A stretch of DNA of 64,000 nt from Macrostomum lignano (lineage: Eukaryota): positions 525,377 through 589,376 of the forward strand of contig NIVC01000461.1 in NCBI GenBank assembly GCA_002269645.1, given 5' to 3'. Below the pieces are notes generated by a model, which saw only the letters and a program-made list of their open reading frames with translations, was not told the DNA's origin and ran no database searches. The position numbers and the translations under genes are program-made. How positions within the stretch are numbered: the stretch's first letter is position 1; every line of letters begins with the position of its first letter. This document shows positions 26,187 to 41,400 of the stretch, piece by piece.

Positions 26187-27339
26187 TTGATTAAACACAT
26201 TAAAGGAATGCTCGTATTCATTTATAGCTGACTTCTGTTTGCATGCGTCGGGTAAAAGTGCAAATAGAGAATATCCAGTGACGTTTGTCCTGGTTTTGCA
26301 GATTATTCATTAATATGTGAACTCTGAAATAAAAAAACTACACGCTAGGATTTGATTTATTACTGTTGTACTTTGTCGTCCGTCTCATATTTTTTGTTTG
26401 TTTCTGAACCCGGAGATGATTTCTAATGTGTTTAATATAAACCAGTGGGTGAGGTTTATCTTTGTTGTCAAGCCTAGGATACCCATTCATATTATTATGT
26501 GTTGTGTGCTGTACCGTCTGTGATTTCTCTACCTTTTCCTTTGTCTTAACACTAAATTATTGGGTGTCTTTATTGTGTAGCAATTAGTCAGTCCAGTGCC
26601 TTGTTGGAGCTTATCTGTATGTTATGATAGCAGTACTGCAGTTGACTGGAATTCAGCAAATAGTATTAGCTTTACTCTGGTCGTGTATAAAACCGTCCCT
26701 GCATACGAACTAACTTATATTTGTAAGAGATCATTATAGCCTCTGTCGCTTTATATTTATCTGATTTTTTGTCATTTTTTAAAACGACTTGAATCAACTT
26801 TGTTAGTCAGCCGAAACTGGCTTACTAAATTGCTACAAACTAAACAAGTGTGCTTATCGTCTCTGTCGGTTAACTTGACTTTTTAACCAGGGTACTAGTT
26901 TGACCTTAGGAGAGAGGGACAGCCGATCTTTCTCTAGTGAGTCATACACCCCTCGTCTCTAGCTGCTCTTTGAAGCCTAGATAACTAGCCAAGTTTATAA
27001 GATATACCAACCACAAAAATGCACTCATCTACTCATTTTTTCAGTAGCAAAATTAGTGTTTTGCCTTTATAATAGTAAAATTAAAAAGTAAATTTAACAA
27101 GATTTTGAAACTGAAACAATCACATTGGCTCTCTGCAAGCAGACCCATAATTAAATTAGCATCTTCACCGTGTTTTAAAGACTTCAGACTGACTCAAACT
27201 CAAAATCATTTAAAAAGAAATGAATTTAAGACTGAAGAATGGAGAAAAATTTGTTAAACTCGAATCTAGTGCGTGTGCATAGTGAGCAAGAGAGAAAAGG
27301 GATTGCGCCCCAGCCCCCAGCCAGTCTGACTTTAACCTC

Positions 27340-27580
27340 TCTCCTTACTGCTTCCTCATTGGCTGACTTAGATTGGGCTTGCCCCCACCACCCCGAGGCT
27401 GCTTTTCGTTCATCTGACTGTCACCTTACCGCTCTCTCATTGGCTGAGCTAGATTGGGCCTGCCTCCAGCCCTGGGCTGATTTTCGTCCGTCTGACTGTC
27501 ATCTCTTTCCGCACTGCTCTCTCATTGGCTGAGCTAGATTAGGCCTTCCCCCAGCCCAATACTGATTTTCGTCCGTCTTG
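27340..27580. repeat. Three degenerate 81-85 bp repeats with CTCATTGGCTGAGCTAGATT core
   Basis: Cores at 27355, 27436 and 27521. Confidence 0.7.
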
Positions 27581-28932
27581 CGTTCAATTTTGCACATCGA
27601 GTTGAATGCTTGTTGTTCATTCTTAACTTCAATATGCTCCTGAGGCCAGAAACTCGGATGAAGAAAAGGCAATTTTAGCTGCCTCATTTAATTTTAATGA
27701 CACTGCGCAGACAAACTACTGAAAAGTAATAGACTCAACTTTTTACGAGTTTAGTTGCGAGTGATATATCCAGTTATTCTGGATTATACTGCCGAAGTAG
27801 TAATGCGGAATCTGCATTGTACGAGCTAGTAAGCGTTTTGGTACATGGAGATCTAATCCTAAAAATGTAGCGGTACGGGGAGCTATAAATCGGTTTGTTT
27901 TAATAAAAGAGAGCTCTCTGAATTGCCATAGTTGATAAAATTGTTAATAATTGAACAAAAAGTGCATAGATTTTTAAACACAACTTTATTAAAATTGTTG
28001 TAAAACTCCGTGTGCCTGCGTTGTGCCCCTTGGACACAGCAGCAAATCTTGTTTTGCTATATACATATATATAAAGCATGCAGACTCAGGGCCTTAGATT
28101 GCTTAACTAAATAGAATACAGAAGATTTTCAGTAACTTCCCCCCCTTTTTGCCTGTCCCGTATCGCTATTTAAAGTAATGTATTCGTCAATAGCTAGTAG
28201 TAAGGATTTTCATCCAAGCCGAAAAAATCTCTGTGATTCTCTGCTGCTGCTTTGCGTCATTATTCTATTCTGTTAGATAGAATTTGCACCTGCACTAAGC
28301 CATGCTCGCATCACTGTCCCGGCTACTGTTTCCAGTGTTATTCTTGTCATACATTTATATATATATCGATTTCACTGTACCAGTTGGATTGTTTGATTAC
28401 TTCGCTGTCTCTATCAGCGAAGTAACCATTCTGTCAGGTATTATTACTGTCATACTTTATTTGCCTTCTCTCGTACGCCCGCCCAGCCCTCTGTCATACT
28501 CTGTCAGAATTTAATAAATCATTTTCTGTAATCGCTGTGCTATTTAAATTACCTATCGCCAGTTTATATTTAAGCAGAGAGTGGACTCTGCCGCTATAAT
28601 AACTATATTATTTCTATTAGTCATTCTACCGGTAGATGTAACCGGTATTTTGCCACTTGCGCTCATTGGCGTCATTAAGTTTAATAAAGCATAGCAGCGG
28701 CAGCACAGTACTGCATAAAATATGTAGTTTAAGGTACGTCTATCTAGTAACTAAATATATTGCATAGAAATTTACTCCCCCGCTGCTCAAACTTTTTAGC
28801 ACTTTTAAGCACAGTGAATTATAAATATTGACTCCGGGTTTTTTTGCTAACAAAAATGTTTTTTTTGGATTAACAATTGTTTATCTAAGGGACAATTGCG
28901 CTTAACAAATGCATCTACACACATTGTACCTT

Positions 28933-31900
28933 GAATCGCCCCTCAACAGTAAATTAAAATCGCTCATCAACAACAGTACGTCAGAATCGCCCATCAACAG
29001 CACATCAGAATCGTCCATCAACAACAGCACATCAGAATCGTCCATCAACAACAGCACATTAGAATCGCCCATCAACAGCACATCAGAATCGTCCATCAAC
29101 AACAGCACATTAGAATCGCCCATCAACAGCACATCAGAATCGTCCATCAACAACAGCACATCAGAATCGTCCATCAACAACAGCACATCAGAATCGTCCA
29201 TCAACAACAGCACATCAGAATCGTCCATCAACAACAACACATTAGAATCGCTCATCAACAACAGCACATTAGAATCGCCATCAACAACAGTACATCAGAA
29301 TTGCCCCTCAACAAGAGTACATCAGAATCGCTCATCAACAACAGCACATTAGAATCGCCATCAACAACAGTACATCAGAATTGCCCCTCAACAAGAGTAC
29401 ATTAGAATCGCCATCAACAACAGCACATTAGAATCGCCGTCAGCAACAGCACATTAGAATCGCTCATCAACAACAACACATTAGAATCGTCCATCAACAA
29501 CAGCACATCAGAATCGTCCATCAACAACAACACATTAGAATCGCCGTCAGCAACAGCACATTAGAATCGCTCATCAACAACAGCACATTAGAATCGCCAT
29601 CAACAACAGTACATCAGAATTGCCCCTCAACAAGAGTACATCAGAATCGCTCATCAACAACAGCACATTAGAATCGCCATCAACAACAGCACATTAGAAT
29701 CGCCGTCAGCAACAGCACATTAGAATCGCCCATCAACAGCACATCAGAATCGTCCATCAACAGCACATCAGAATCGTCCATCAACAGCACATCAGAATCG
29801 CCCATCAACAGCACATCAGAATCGTCCATCAACAACAGCACATCAGAATCGTCCATCAACAACAGCACATTAGAATCGCCCATCAACAGCACATCAGAAT
29901 CGTCCATCAACAACAGCACATCAGAATCGTCCATCAACAACAGCACATTAGAATCGCCCATCAACAGCACATCAGAATCGTCCATCAACAACAACACATT
30001 AGAATCGCCATCAACAACAGCACATTAGAATCGCCGTCAGCAACAGCACATTAGAATCGCCATCAAAAACAGCACATCAAAATCGCCCCTCAACAACAGC
30101 ACATTAGAATCGCCATCAACAACAGCACATTAGAATCGCCGTCAGCAACAGCACATTAGAATCGCCATCAACAACAGCAAATTAGAATCGCCATCAACAA
30201 CAACACATTAGAATCGCCGTCAACAATAGCACATTAGAATCGCTCATCAACAACAGTAAATCAGAATCGCTCATCAACAACAGCACATTAGAATCGCCCA
30301 TCAACAACAACACATTAGAATCGCCCTCAACAACAGCACATTAGAATCGCCATCAACAACAACACATTAGAATCGCCGTCAACAATAGCACATTAGAATC
30401 GCTCATCAACAACAGTAAATCAGAATCGCTGATCAACAACAGCCCATTAGAATCGCCCATCAACAACAACACATTAGAATCGCCCTCAACAACAGCACAT
30501 TAGAATCGCCGTCAACAACAACAACACATTAGAATCCCCGTCAACAACAGCACATTAGAATCGCCATCAACAACAGCAAATTAGAATCGCCATCAACAAC
30601 AACACATTAGAATCGCCGTCAACAATAGCACATTAGAATCGCTCATCAACAACAGTAAATCAGAATCGCTGATCAACAACAGCACATTAGAATCGCCCAT
30701 CAACAACAACACATTAGAATCGCTCATCAACAACAGTAAATCAGAATCGCTCATCAACAACAACAACACATTAGAATCCCCGTCAACAACAGCACATTAG
30801 AATCGCCATCAACAACAGCAAATTAGAATCGCCATCAACAACAACACATAAGAATCGCCGTCAACAATAGCACATTAGAATCGCTCATCAACAACAGTAA
30901 ATCAGAATCGCTCATCAACAACAGCCCATTAGAATCGCCCATCAACAACAACACATTAGAATCGCCCTCAACAACAGCACATTAGAATCGCCGTCAACAA
31001 CAACAACACATTAGAATCCCCGTCAACAACAGCACATTAGAATCGCCATCAACAACAGCAAATTAGAATCGCCATCAACAACAACACATTAGAATCGCCG
31101 TCAACAATAGCACATTAGAATCGCTCATCAACAACAGTAAATCAGAATCGCTGATCAACAACAGCACATTAGAATCGCCCATCAACAACAACACATTAGA
31201 ATCGCCCTCAACAACAGCACATTAGAATCGCCATCAACAACAACAACACATTAGAATCCCCGTCAACAACAGCACATTAGAATCGCCATCAACAACAGCA
31301 AATTAGAATCGCCATCAACAACAACACATAAGAATCGCCGTCAACAATAGCACATTAGAATCGCTCATCAACAACAGTAAATCAGAATCGCTCATCAACA
31401 ACAGCACATTAGAATCGCCCATCAACAACAACACATTAGAATCGCCCTCAACAACAGCACATTAGAATCGCCATCAACAACAACACATTAGAATCGCCGT
31501 CAACAATAGCACATTAGAATCGCTCATCAACAACAGTAAATCAGAATCGCTCATCAACAACAGCACATTAGAATCGCCCATCAACAACAACACATTAGAA
31601 TCGCCCTCAACAACAGCACATTAGAATCGCCATCAACAACAACAACACATTAGAATCGCCCTCAACAACAGCACATTAGAATCGCCATCAACAACAACAC
31701 ATTAGAATCGCCGTCAACAATAGCACATTAGAATCGCTCATCAACAACAGTAAATCAGAATCGCTCATCAACAACAGCACATTAGAATCGCCCATCAACA
31801 ACAACACATTAGAATCGCCATCAACAACAGTACATCAGAATCGCCATCAACAACAACACATTAGAATCGCCCATCAACAGCAACACATTAGCATCGCCCT

Positions 31901-34900
31901 CAACAACAGTACATTAGAATCGCCATCAACAACAACAACACATTAGAATCGCCATCAACAACAGTACATCAGAATCGCCATCAACAACAACACATTAGAA
32001 TCGCCCATCAACAACAACACATTAGAATCGCCCATCAACAACAGTAAATCAGAATCGCTCATCAACAACAGCACATTAGAATCGCTCATTAACAACAGTA
32101 CATCAGAATCGCTCATCAGCAGTACATCAGAATCGCTTATCAACAACAGCACATTAGAATCGCCCATCAACAACAACACATTAGAATCGCCCTCAACAAC
32201 AGTACATTAGAATCGCCATCAACAACAACAACACATTAGAATCGCCGTCAACAACAGCACATTAGAATCGCCATCAACAACAGTACATCAGAATCGCTCA
32301 TGAGCAGCACATCAGAATCGCTCATGAGCAGTACATCAGAATCGCTCATCAGCAGTACATCAGAATCGCTTATCAACAACAGCACATTAGAATCGCCATC
32401 AACAACAGCACATTAGAATCGCCGTCAGCAACAGCACATTAGAATCGCCATCAACAACAGCAAATTAGAATCGCCATCAACAACAGCACATTAGAATCGC
32501 CATCAACAACAGTACATCGGAATTGCCCCTCAACAAGAGTACATCAGAATCGCTCATCAACAACAGCACATTAGAATCGCCATCAACAACAACAACACAT
32601 TAGAATCGCCCTCAACAACAGCACATTAGAATCGCCATCAACAACAACACATTAGAATCGCCGTCAACAATAGCACATTAGAATCGCTCATCAACAACAG
32701 TAAATCAGAATCGCTCATCAACAACAGCACATTAGAATCGCCCATCAACAACAACACATTAGAATCGCCATCAACAACAGTACATCAGAATCGCCATCAA
32801 CAACAACACATTAGAATCGCCCATCAACAGCAACACATTAGAATCGCCCATCAACAACAACACATTAGCATCGCCCTCAACAACAGTACATTAGAATCGC
32901 CATCAACAACAACAACACATTAGAATCGCCATCAACAACAGTACATCAGAATCGCCATCAACAACAACACATAAGAATCGCCGTCAACAATAGCACATTA
33001 GAATCGCTCATCAACAACAGTAAATCAGAATCGCTCATCAACAACAGCACATTAGAATCGCCCATCAACAACAACACATTAGAATCGCCCTCAACAACAG
33101 CACATTAGAATCGCCATCAACAACAACACATTAGAATCGCCGTCAACAATAGCACATTAGAATCGCTCATCAACAACAGTAAATCAGAATCGCTCATCAA
33201 CAACAGCACATTAGAATCGCCCATCAACAACAACACATTAGAATCGCCCTCAACAACAGCACATTAGAATCGCCATCAACAACAACAACACATTAGAATC
33301 GCCCTCAACAACAGCACATTAGAATCGCCATCAACAACAACACATTAGAATCGCCGTCAACAATAGCACATTAGAATCGCTCATCAACAACAGTAAATCA
33401 GAATCGCTCATCAACAACAGCACATTAGAATCGCCCATCAACAACAACACATTAGAATCGCCATCAACAACAGTACATCAGAATCGCCATCAACAACAAC
33501 ACATTAGAATCGCCCATCAACAGCAACACATCAGAATCGCCCATCAACAACAACACATTAGCATCGCCCTCAACAACAGTACATTAGAATCGCCATCAAC
33601 AACAACAACACATTAGAATCGCCATCAACAACAGTACATCAGAATCGCCATCAACAACAACACATTAGAATCGCCCATCAACAACAACACATTAGAATCG
33701 CCCATCAACAACAGTAAATCAGAATCGCTCATCAACAACAGCACATTAGAATCGCTCATTAACAACAGTACATCAGAATCGCTCATCAGCAGTACATCAG
33801 AATCGCTTATCAACAACAGCACATTAGAATCGCCCATCAACAACAACACATTAGAATCGCCCTCAACAACAGTACATTAGAATCGCCATCAACAACAACA
33901 ACACATTAGAATCGCCGTCAACAACAGCACATTAGAATCGCCATCAACAACAGTACATCAGAATCGCTCATGAGCAGCACATCAGAATCGCTCATGAGCA
34001 GTACATCAGAATCGCTCATCAGCAGTACATCAGAATCGCTTATCAACAACAGCACATTAGAATCGCCATCAACAACAGCACATTAGAATCGCCGTCAGCA
34101 ACAGCACATTAGAATCGCCATCAACAACAGCAAATTAGAATCGCCATCAACAACAGCACATTAGAATCGCCATCAACAACAGTACATCGGAATTGCCCCT
34201 CAACAAGAGTACATCAGAATCGCTCATCAACAACAGCACATTAGAATCGCCATCAACAACAACAACACATTAGAATCGCCCTCAACAACAGCACATTAGA
34301 ATCGCCATCAACAACAACACATTAGAATCGCCGTCAACAATAGCACATTAGAATCGCTCATCAACAACAGTAAATCAGAATCGCTCATCAACAACAGCAC
34401 ATTAGAATCGCCCATCAACAACAACACATTAGAATCGCCATCAACAACAGTACATCAGAATCGCCATCAACAACAACACATTAGAATCGCCCATCAACAA
34501 CAACACATTAGAATCGCCCATCAACAACAACACATTAGAATCGCCCTCAACAACAGTACATTAGAATCGCCATCAACAACAACAACACATTAGAATCGCC
34601 ATCAACAACAGTACATCAGAATCGCCATCAACAACAACACATTAGAATCGCCCATCAACAACAACACATTAGAATCGCCCATCAACAACAGTAAATCAGA
34701 ATCGCTCATCAACAACAGCTTATTAGAATCGCCATCAACAACAGTACATCAGAATCGCTCATGAGCAGCACATCAGAATCGCTCATGAGCAGTACATCAG
34801 AATCGCTCATCAGCAGTACATCAGAATCGCTTATCAACAACAGCACATTAGAATCGCCATCAACAACAGCACATTAGAATCGCCCATCAGCAACAACACA

Positions 34901-37900
34901 TTAGAATCGCCATCAACAACAGTACATCAGAATCGCCATCAACAACAACACATTAGAATCGCCCATCAACAACAACACATTAGAATCGCCCATCAACAAC
35001 AACACATTAGCATCGCCCTCAACAACAGTACATTAGAATCGCCATCAACAACAACAACACATTAGAATCGCCATCAACAACAGTACATCAGAATCGCCAT
35101 CAACAACAACACATTAGAATCGCCCATCAACAACAACACATTAGAATCGCCCATCAACAACAGTAAATCAGAATCGCTCATCAACAACAGCACATTAGAA
35201 TCGCTCATTAACAACAGTACATCAGAATCGCTCATCAGCAGTACATCAGAATCGCTTATCAACAACAACAACACATTAGAATCGCCCATCAACAACAACA
35301 CATTAGCATCGCCCTCAACAACAGTACATTAGAATCGCCATCAACAACAACAACACATTAGAATCGCCATCAACAACAGTACATCAGAATCGCCATCAAC
35401 AACAACACATTAGAATCGCCCATCAACAACAACACATTAGAATCGCCCATCAACAACAGTAAATCAGAATCGCTCATCAACAACAGCACATTAGAATCGC
35501 TCATTAACAACAGTACATCAGAATCGCTCATCAGCAGTACATCAGAATCGCTTATCAACAACAGCACATTAGAATCGCCCATCAACAACAACACATTAGA
35601 ATCGCCCTCAACAACAGTACATTAGAATCGCCATCAACAACAACAACACATTAGAATCGCCGTCAACAACAGCACATTAGAATCGCCATCAACAACAGTA
35701 CATCAGAATCGCTCATGAGCAGCACATCAGAATCGCTCATGAGCAGTACATCAGAATCGCTCATCAGCAGTACATCAGAATCGCTTATCAACAACAGCAC
35801 ATTAGAATCGCCATCAACAACAGCACATTAGAATCGCCGTCAGCAACAGCACATTAGAATCGCCATCAACAACAGCAAATTAGAATCGCCATCAACAACA
35901 GCACATTAGAATCGCCATCAACAACAGTACATTAGAATCGCCATCAACAAGAGTACATCAGAATCGCTCATCAACAACAGCACATTAGAATCGCCATCAA
36001 CAACAACAACACATTAGAATCGCCCTCAACAACAGCACATTAGAATCGCCATCAACAACAACACATTAGAATCGCCGTCAACAATAGCACATTAGAATCG
36101 CTCATCAACAACAGTAAATCAGAATCGCTCATCAACAACAGCACATTAGAATCGCCCATCAACAACAACACATTAGAATCGCCATCAACAACAGTACATC
36201 AGAATCGCCATCAACAACAACACATTAGAATCGCCCATCAACAGCAACACATTAGAATCGCCCATCAACAACAACACATTAGCATCGCCCTCAACAACAG
36301 TACATTAGAATCGCCATCAACAACAACAACACATTAGAATCGCCATCAACAACAGTACATCAGAATCGCCATCAACAACAACACATAAGAATCGCCGTCA
36401 ACAATAGCACATTAGAATCGCTCATCAACAACAGTAAATCAGAATCGCTCATCAACAACAGCACATTAGAATCGCCCATCAACAACAACACATTAGAATC
36501 GCCCTCAACAACAGCACATTAGAATCGCCATCAACAACAACACATTAGAATCGCCGTCAACAATAGCACATTAGAATCGCTCATCAACAACAGTAAATCA
36601 GAATCGCTCATCAACAACAGCACATTAGAATCGCCCATCAACAACAACACATTAGAATCGCCCTCAACAACAGCACATTAGAATCGCCATCAACAACAAC
36701 ATCACATTAGAATCGCCCTCAACAACAGCACATTAGAATCGCCATCAACAACAACACATTAGAATCGCCGTCAACAATAGCACATTAGAATCGCTCATCA
36801 ACAACAGTAAATCAGAATCGCTCATCAACAACAGCACATTAGAATCGCCCATCAACAACAACACATTAGAATCGCCATCAACAACAGTACATCAGAATCG
36901 CCATCAACAACAACACATTAGAATCGCCCATCAACAGCAACACATCAGAATCGCCCATCAACAACAACACATTAGCATCGCCCTCAACAACAGTACATTA
37001 GAATCGCCATCAACAACAACAACACATTAGAATCGCCATCAACAACAGTACATCAGAATCGCCATTAACAACAACACATTAGAATCGCCCATCAACAACA
37101 ACACATTAGAATCGCCCATCAACAACAGTAAATCAGAATCGCTCATCAACAACAGCACATTAGAATCGCTCATTAACAACAGTACATCAGAATCGCTCAT
37201 CAGCAGTACATCAGAATCGCTTATCAACAACAGCACATTAGAATCGCCCATCAACAACAACACATTAGAATCGCCCTCAACAACAGTACATTAGAATCGC
37301 CATCAACAACAACAACACATTAGAATCGCCGTCAACAACAGCACATTAGAATCGCCATCAACAACAGTACATCAGAATCGCTCATGAGCAGCACATCAGA
37401 ATCGCTCATGAGCAGTACATCAGAATCGCTCATCAGCAGTACATCAGAATCGCTTATCAACAACAGCACATTAGAATCGCCATCAACAACAGCACATTAG
37501 AATCGCCGTCAGCAACAGCACATTAGAATCGCCATCAACAACAGCAAATTAGAATCGCCATCAACAACAGCACATTAGAATCGCCATCAACAACAGTACA
37601 TCGGAATTGCCCCTCAACAAGAGTACATCAGAATCGCTCATCAACAACAGCACATTAGAATCGCCATCAACAACAACAACACATTAGAATCGCCCTCAAC
37701 AACAGCACATTAGAATCGCCATCAACAACAACACATTAGAATCGCCGTCAACAATAGCACATTAGAATCGCTCATCAACAACAGTAAATCAGAATCGCTC
37801 ATCAACAACAGCACATTAGAATCGCCCATCAACAACAACACATTAGAATCGCCATCAACAACAGTACATCAGAATCGCCATCAACAACAACACATTAGAA

Positions 37901-40369
37901 TCGCCCATCAACAACAACACATTAGAATCGCCATCAACAACAACACATTAGAATCGCCCTCAACAACAGTACATTAGAATCGCCATCAACAACAACAACA
38001 CATTAGAATCGCCATCAACAACAGTACATCAGAATCGCCATCAACAACAACACATTAGAATCGCCCATCAACAACAACACATTAGAATCGCCCATCAACA
38101 ACAGTAAATCAGAATCGCTCATCAACAACAGCTTATTAGAATCGCCATCAACAACAGTACATCAGAATCGCTCATGAGCAGCACATCAGAATCGCTCATG
38201 AGCAGTACATCAGAATCGCTCATCAGCAGTACATCAGAATCGCTTATCAACAACAGCACATTAGAATCGCCATCAACAACAGCACATTAGAATCGCCCAT
38301 CAGCAACAACACATTAGAATCGCCATCAACAACAGTACATCAGAATCGCCATCAACAACAACACATTAGAATCGCCCATCAACAACAACACATTAGAATC
38401 GCCCATCAACAACAACACATTAGCATCGCCCTCAACAACAGTACATTAGAATCGCCATCAACAACAACAACACATTAGAATCGCCATCAACAACAGTACA
38501 TCAGAATCGCCATCAACAACAACACATTAGAATCGCCCATCAACAACAACACATTAGAATCGCCCATCAACAACAGTAAATCAGAATCGCTCATCAACAA
38601 CAGCACATTAGAATCGCTCATTAACAACAGTACATCAGAATCGCTCATCAGCAGTACATCAGAATCGCTTATCAACAACAGCACATTAGAATCGCCCATC
38701 AACAACAACACATTAGAATCGCCCTCAACAACAGTACATTAGAATCGCCATCAACAACAACAACACATTAGAATCGCCGTCAACAACAGCACATTAGAAT
38801 CGCCATCAACAACAGTACATCAGAATCGCTCATGAGCAGCACATCAGAATCGCTCATGAGCAGTACATCAGAATCGCTCATCAGCAGTACATCAGAATCG
38901 CTTATCAACAACAGCACATTAGAATCGCCATCAACAACAGCACATTAGAATCGCCGTCAGCAACAGCACATTAGAATCGCCATCAACAACAGCAAATTAG
39001 AATCGCCATCAACAACAGCACATTAGAATCGCCATCAACAACAGTACATCGGAATTGCCCCTCAACAAGAGTACATCAGAATCGCTCATCAACAACAGCA
39101 CATTAGAATCGCCATCAACAACAACAACACATTAGAATCGCCCTCAACAACAGCACATTAGAATCGCCATCAACAACAACACATTAGAATCGCCGTCAAC
39201 AATAGCACATTAGAATCGCTCATCAACAACAGTAAATCAGAATCGCTCATCAACAACAGCACATTAGAATCGCCCATCAACAACAACACATTAGAATCGC
39301 CATCAACAACAGTACATCAGAATCGCCATCAACAACAACACATTAGAATCGCCCATCAACAACAACACATTAGAATCGCCCATCAACAACAACACATTAG
39401 AATCGCCCTCAACAACAGTACATTAGAATCGCCATCAACAACAACAACACATTAGAATCGCCATCAACAACAGTACATCAGAATCGCCATCAACAACAAC
39501 ACATTAGAATCGCCCATCAACAACAACACATTAGAATCGCCCATCAACAACAGTAAATCAGAATCGCTCATCAACAACAGCACATTAGAATCGCCATCAA
39601 CAACAGTACATCAGAATCGCTCATGAGCAGCACATCAGAATCGCTCATGAGCAGTACATCAGAATCGCTCATCAGCAGTACATCAGAATCGCTTATCAAC
39701 AACAGCACATTAGAATCGCCATCAACAACAGCACATTAGAATCGCCGTCAGCAACAGCACATTAGAATCGCCATCAACAACAGCAAATTAGAATCGCCAT
39801 CAACAACAACACATTAGAATCGCCCTCAACAACAGCACATTAGAATCGCCATCAACAACAACAACACATTAGAATCGCCGTCAACAACAGCACATTAGAA
39901 TCGCCGTCAACAACAGCACATTAGAATCGCCATCAACAACAGTACATCAGAATCGCTCATGAGCAGCACATCAGAATCGCTCATTAACAACAGTACATCA
40001 GAATCGCTCAACAACAGTACATCAGAATCGCTCATGAGCAGCACATCAGAATCGCTCATCAACAACAGCACATTAGAATCGCCCATCAACAACAGTAAAT
40101 CAGAATCGCTCATCAACAACAGCACATTAGAATCGCCATCAACAACAGTACATCAGAATCGCTCATGAGCAGCACATCAGAATCGCTCATTAACAACAGT
40201 ACATCAGAATCGCTCATCAGCAGTACATCAGAATCGCTCATCAACAACAGCACATTAGAATCGCCCATCAACAACAGTAAATCAGAATCGCTCATCAACA
40301 ACAGCACATTAGAATCGCCCATCAACAACAGTACATCAGAATCGCTCATCAGCAGCACATCAGAATCGC
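28933..40369. repeat. 11.4-kb satellite; 24-29 bp monomers (GCCATCAACAACAGCACATTAGAATC) with higher-order periods of about 240 bp and 3.41 kb
   Basis: Monomers directly visible; diagnostic variants recur at 3413-3415 bp spacing. Confidence 0.97.
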
Positions 40370-40974
40370 TAAGACTGTTGCTAACAGTACTGTTGTTGGT
40401 TGCTAACATACCCAAAAAGGGAATGGCCCATAGGCGGCCTCTTAAAATGCATGTCAACAGTGCTTAGAATTGCTTGACTCACGGAAGGCCCTCTAGCTCG
40501 CCAAGATTTGATTAGAATCCAGGCAGCACTGGTCGCACTTTTTAAAAAAATCCCACCCAGTTTTTCATTGCCGCTCCATTATCCGACTGAAAGCTTTTTA
40601 GTCTCTGTTTTTCCCTCTGGGAGTCGCTTCCCCGCGTCCTCAACAGCCCAATGCAAAGGATGAAAGTCATAAATATTACAGTAGTTGTACTGCGGGCGAT
40701 AGATTTATGAATCGGCGGCCTCTGCTGCTCCTCATTTTTCGCTCCTCAGGACGAATTTCAAGTGGGCTCCATCTAGCAACTGCACTCATAGTTAAGGGGC
40801 GGAGCAGCTTAGCGACCCCTAGTTCGATTCCGATTCGAAATCTTCAGTTGGTGCGTCTGTGCATTGAAAATTGGTTCAGGACTCAGAGTGTACATGCCTG
40901 ATGAGTAGAAAGTCGGAGTGTGAGCGTGTGCATGAGTGCGTGCTTGCATACAGTATTGGCGGCTTGTGTGCGCT

Positions 40975-41400
40975 CTTCAACAGGAGAGAATAGATGAGAG
41001 ATCAAAGAAAGAAACAAAAGGAGATAGGATAGACCAGGCAAGAAGAGAGAAAAGAGAGAAGCGAGAGTAGAAGGGAGAGAGGAAAGATGAGAGAGCAGAG
41101 GAGAGATACGAGTACGAGAGAAGAGAGAAGAGAAGAGAAGAGAGATAAGAGGAGAAAAAGGGGAGAGTAGAGGGGGATAAGAGAGAAGAGAGAAGATAGG
41201 AGGGAGTAGAGACCAGATGAGAGAGAAGAGATGAAAGAGTAGGGAGAAGAGTAGGGAGGAGAGATGAAAGAGTAGGAAGAGAGTATAGATATGAGAGCAA
41301 ATAAAGGAGAGATCAGAGATGATAGATAAGAGCAGAGAGGAGAGATTAGAGATGAGAGACCAAAGAGGAGAGAGGAGACATGAGAGAGTCTCAGTCTGAA
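40975..41400. repeat. Purine-rich (GA) low-complexity tract
   Basis: Almost only A and G on the plus strand. Confidence 0.85.

Noticed and set aside
28902-40457. Many MLLLMDDSDV / GDSNVLLL minus-strand ORFs
   Set aside because: By-products of the satellite monomer; useful only as markers of the higher-order repeat.
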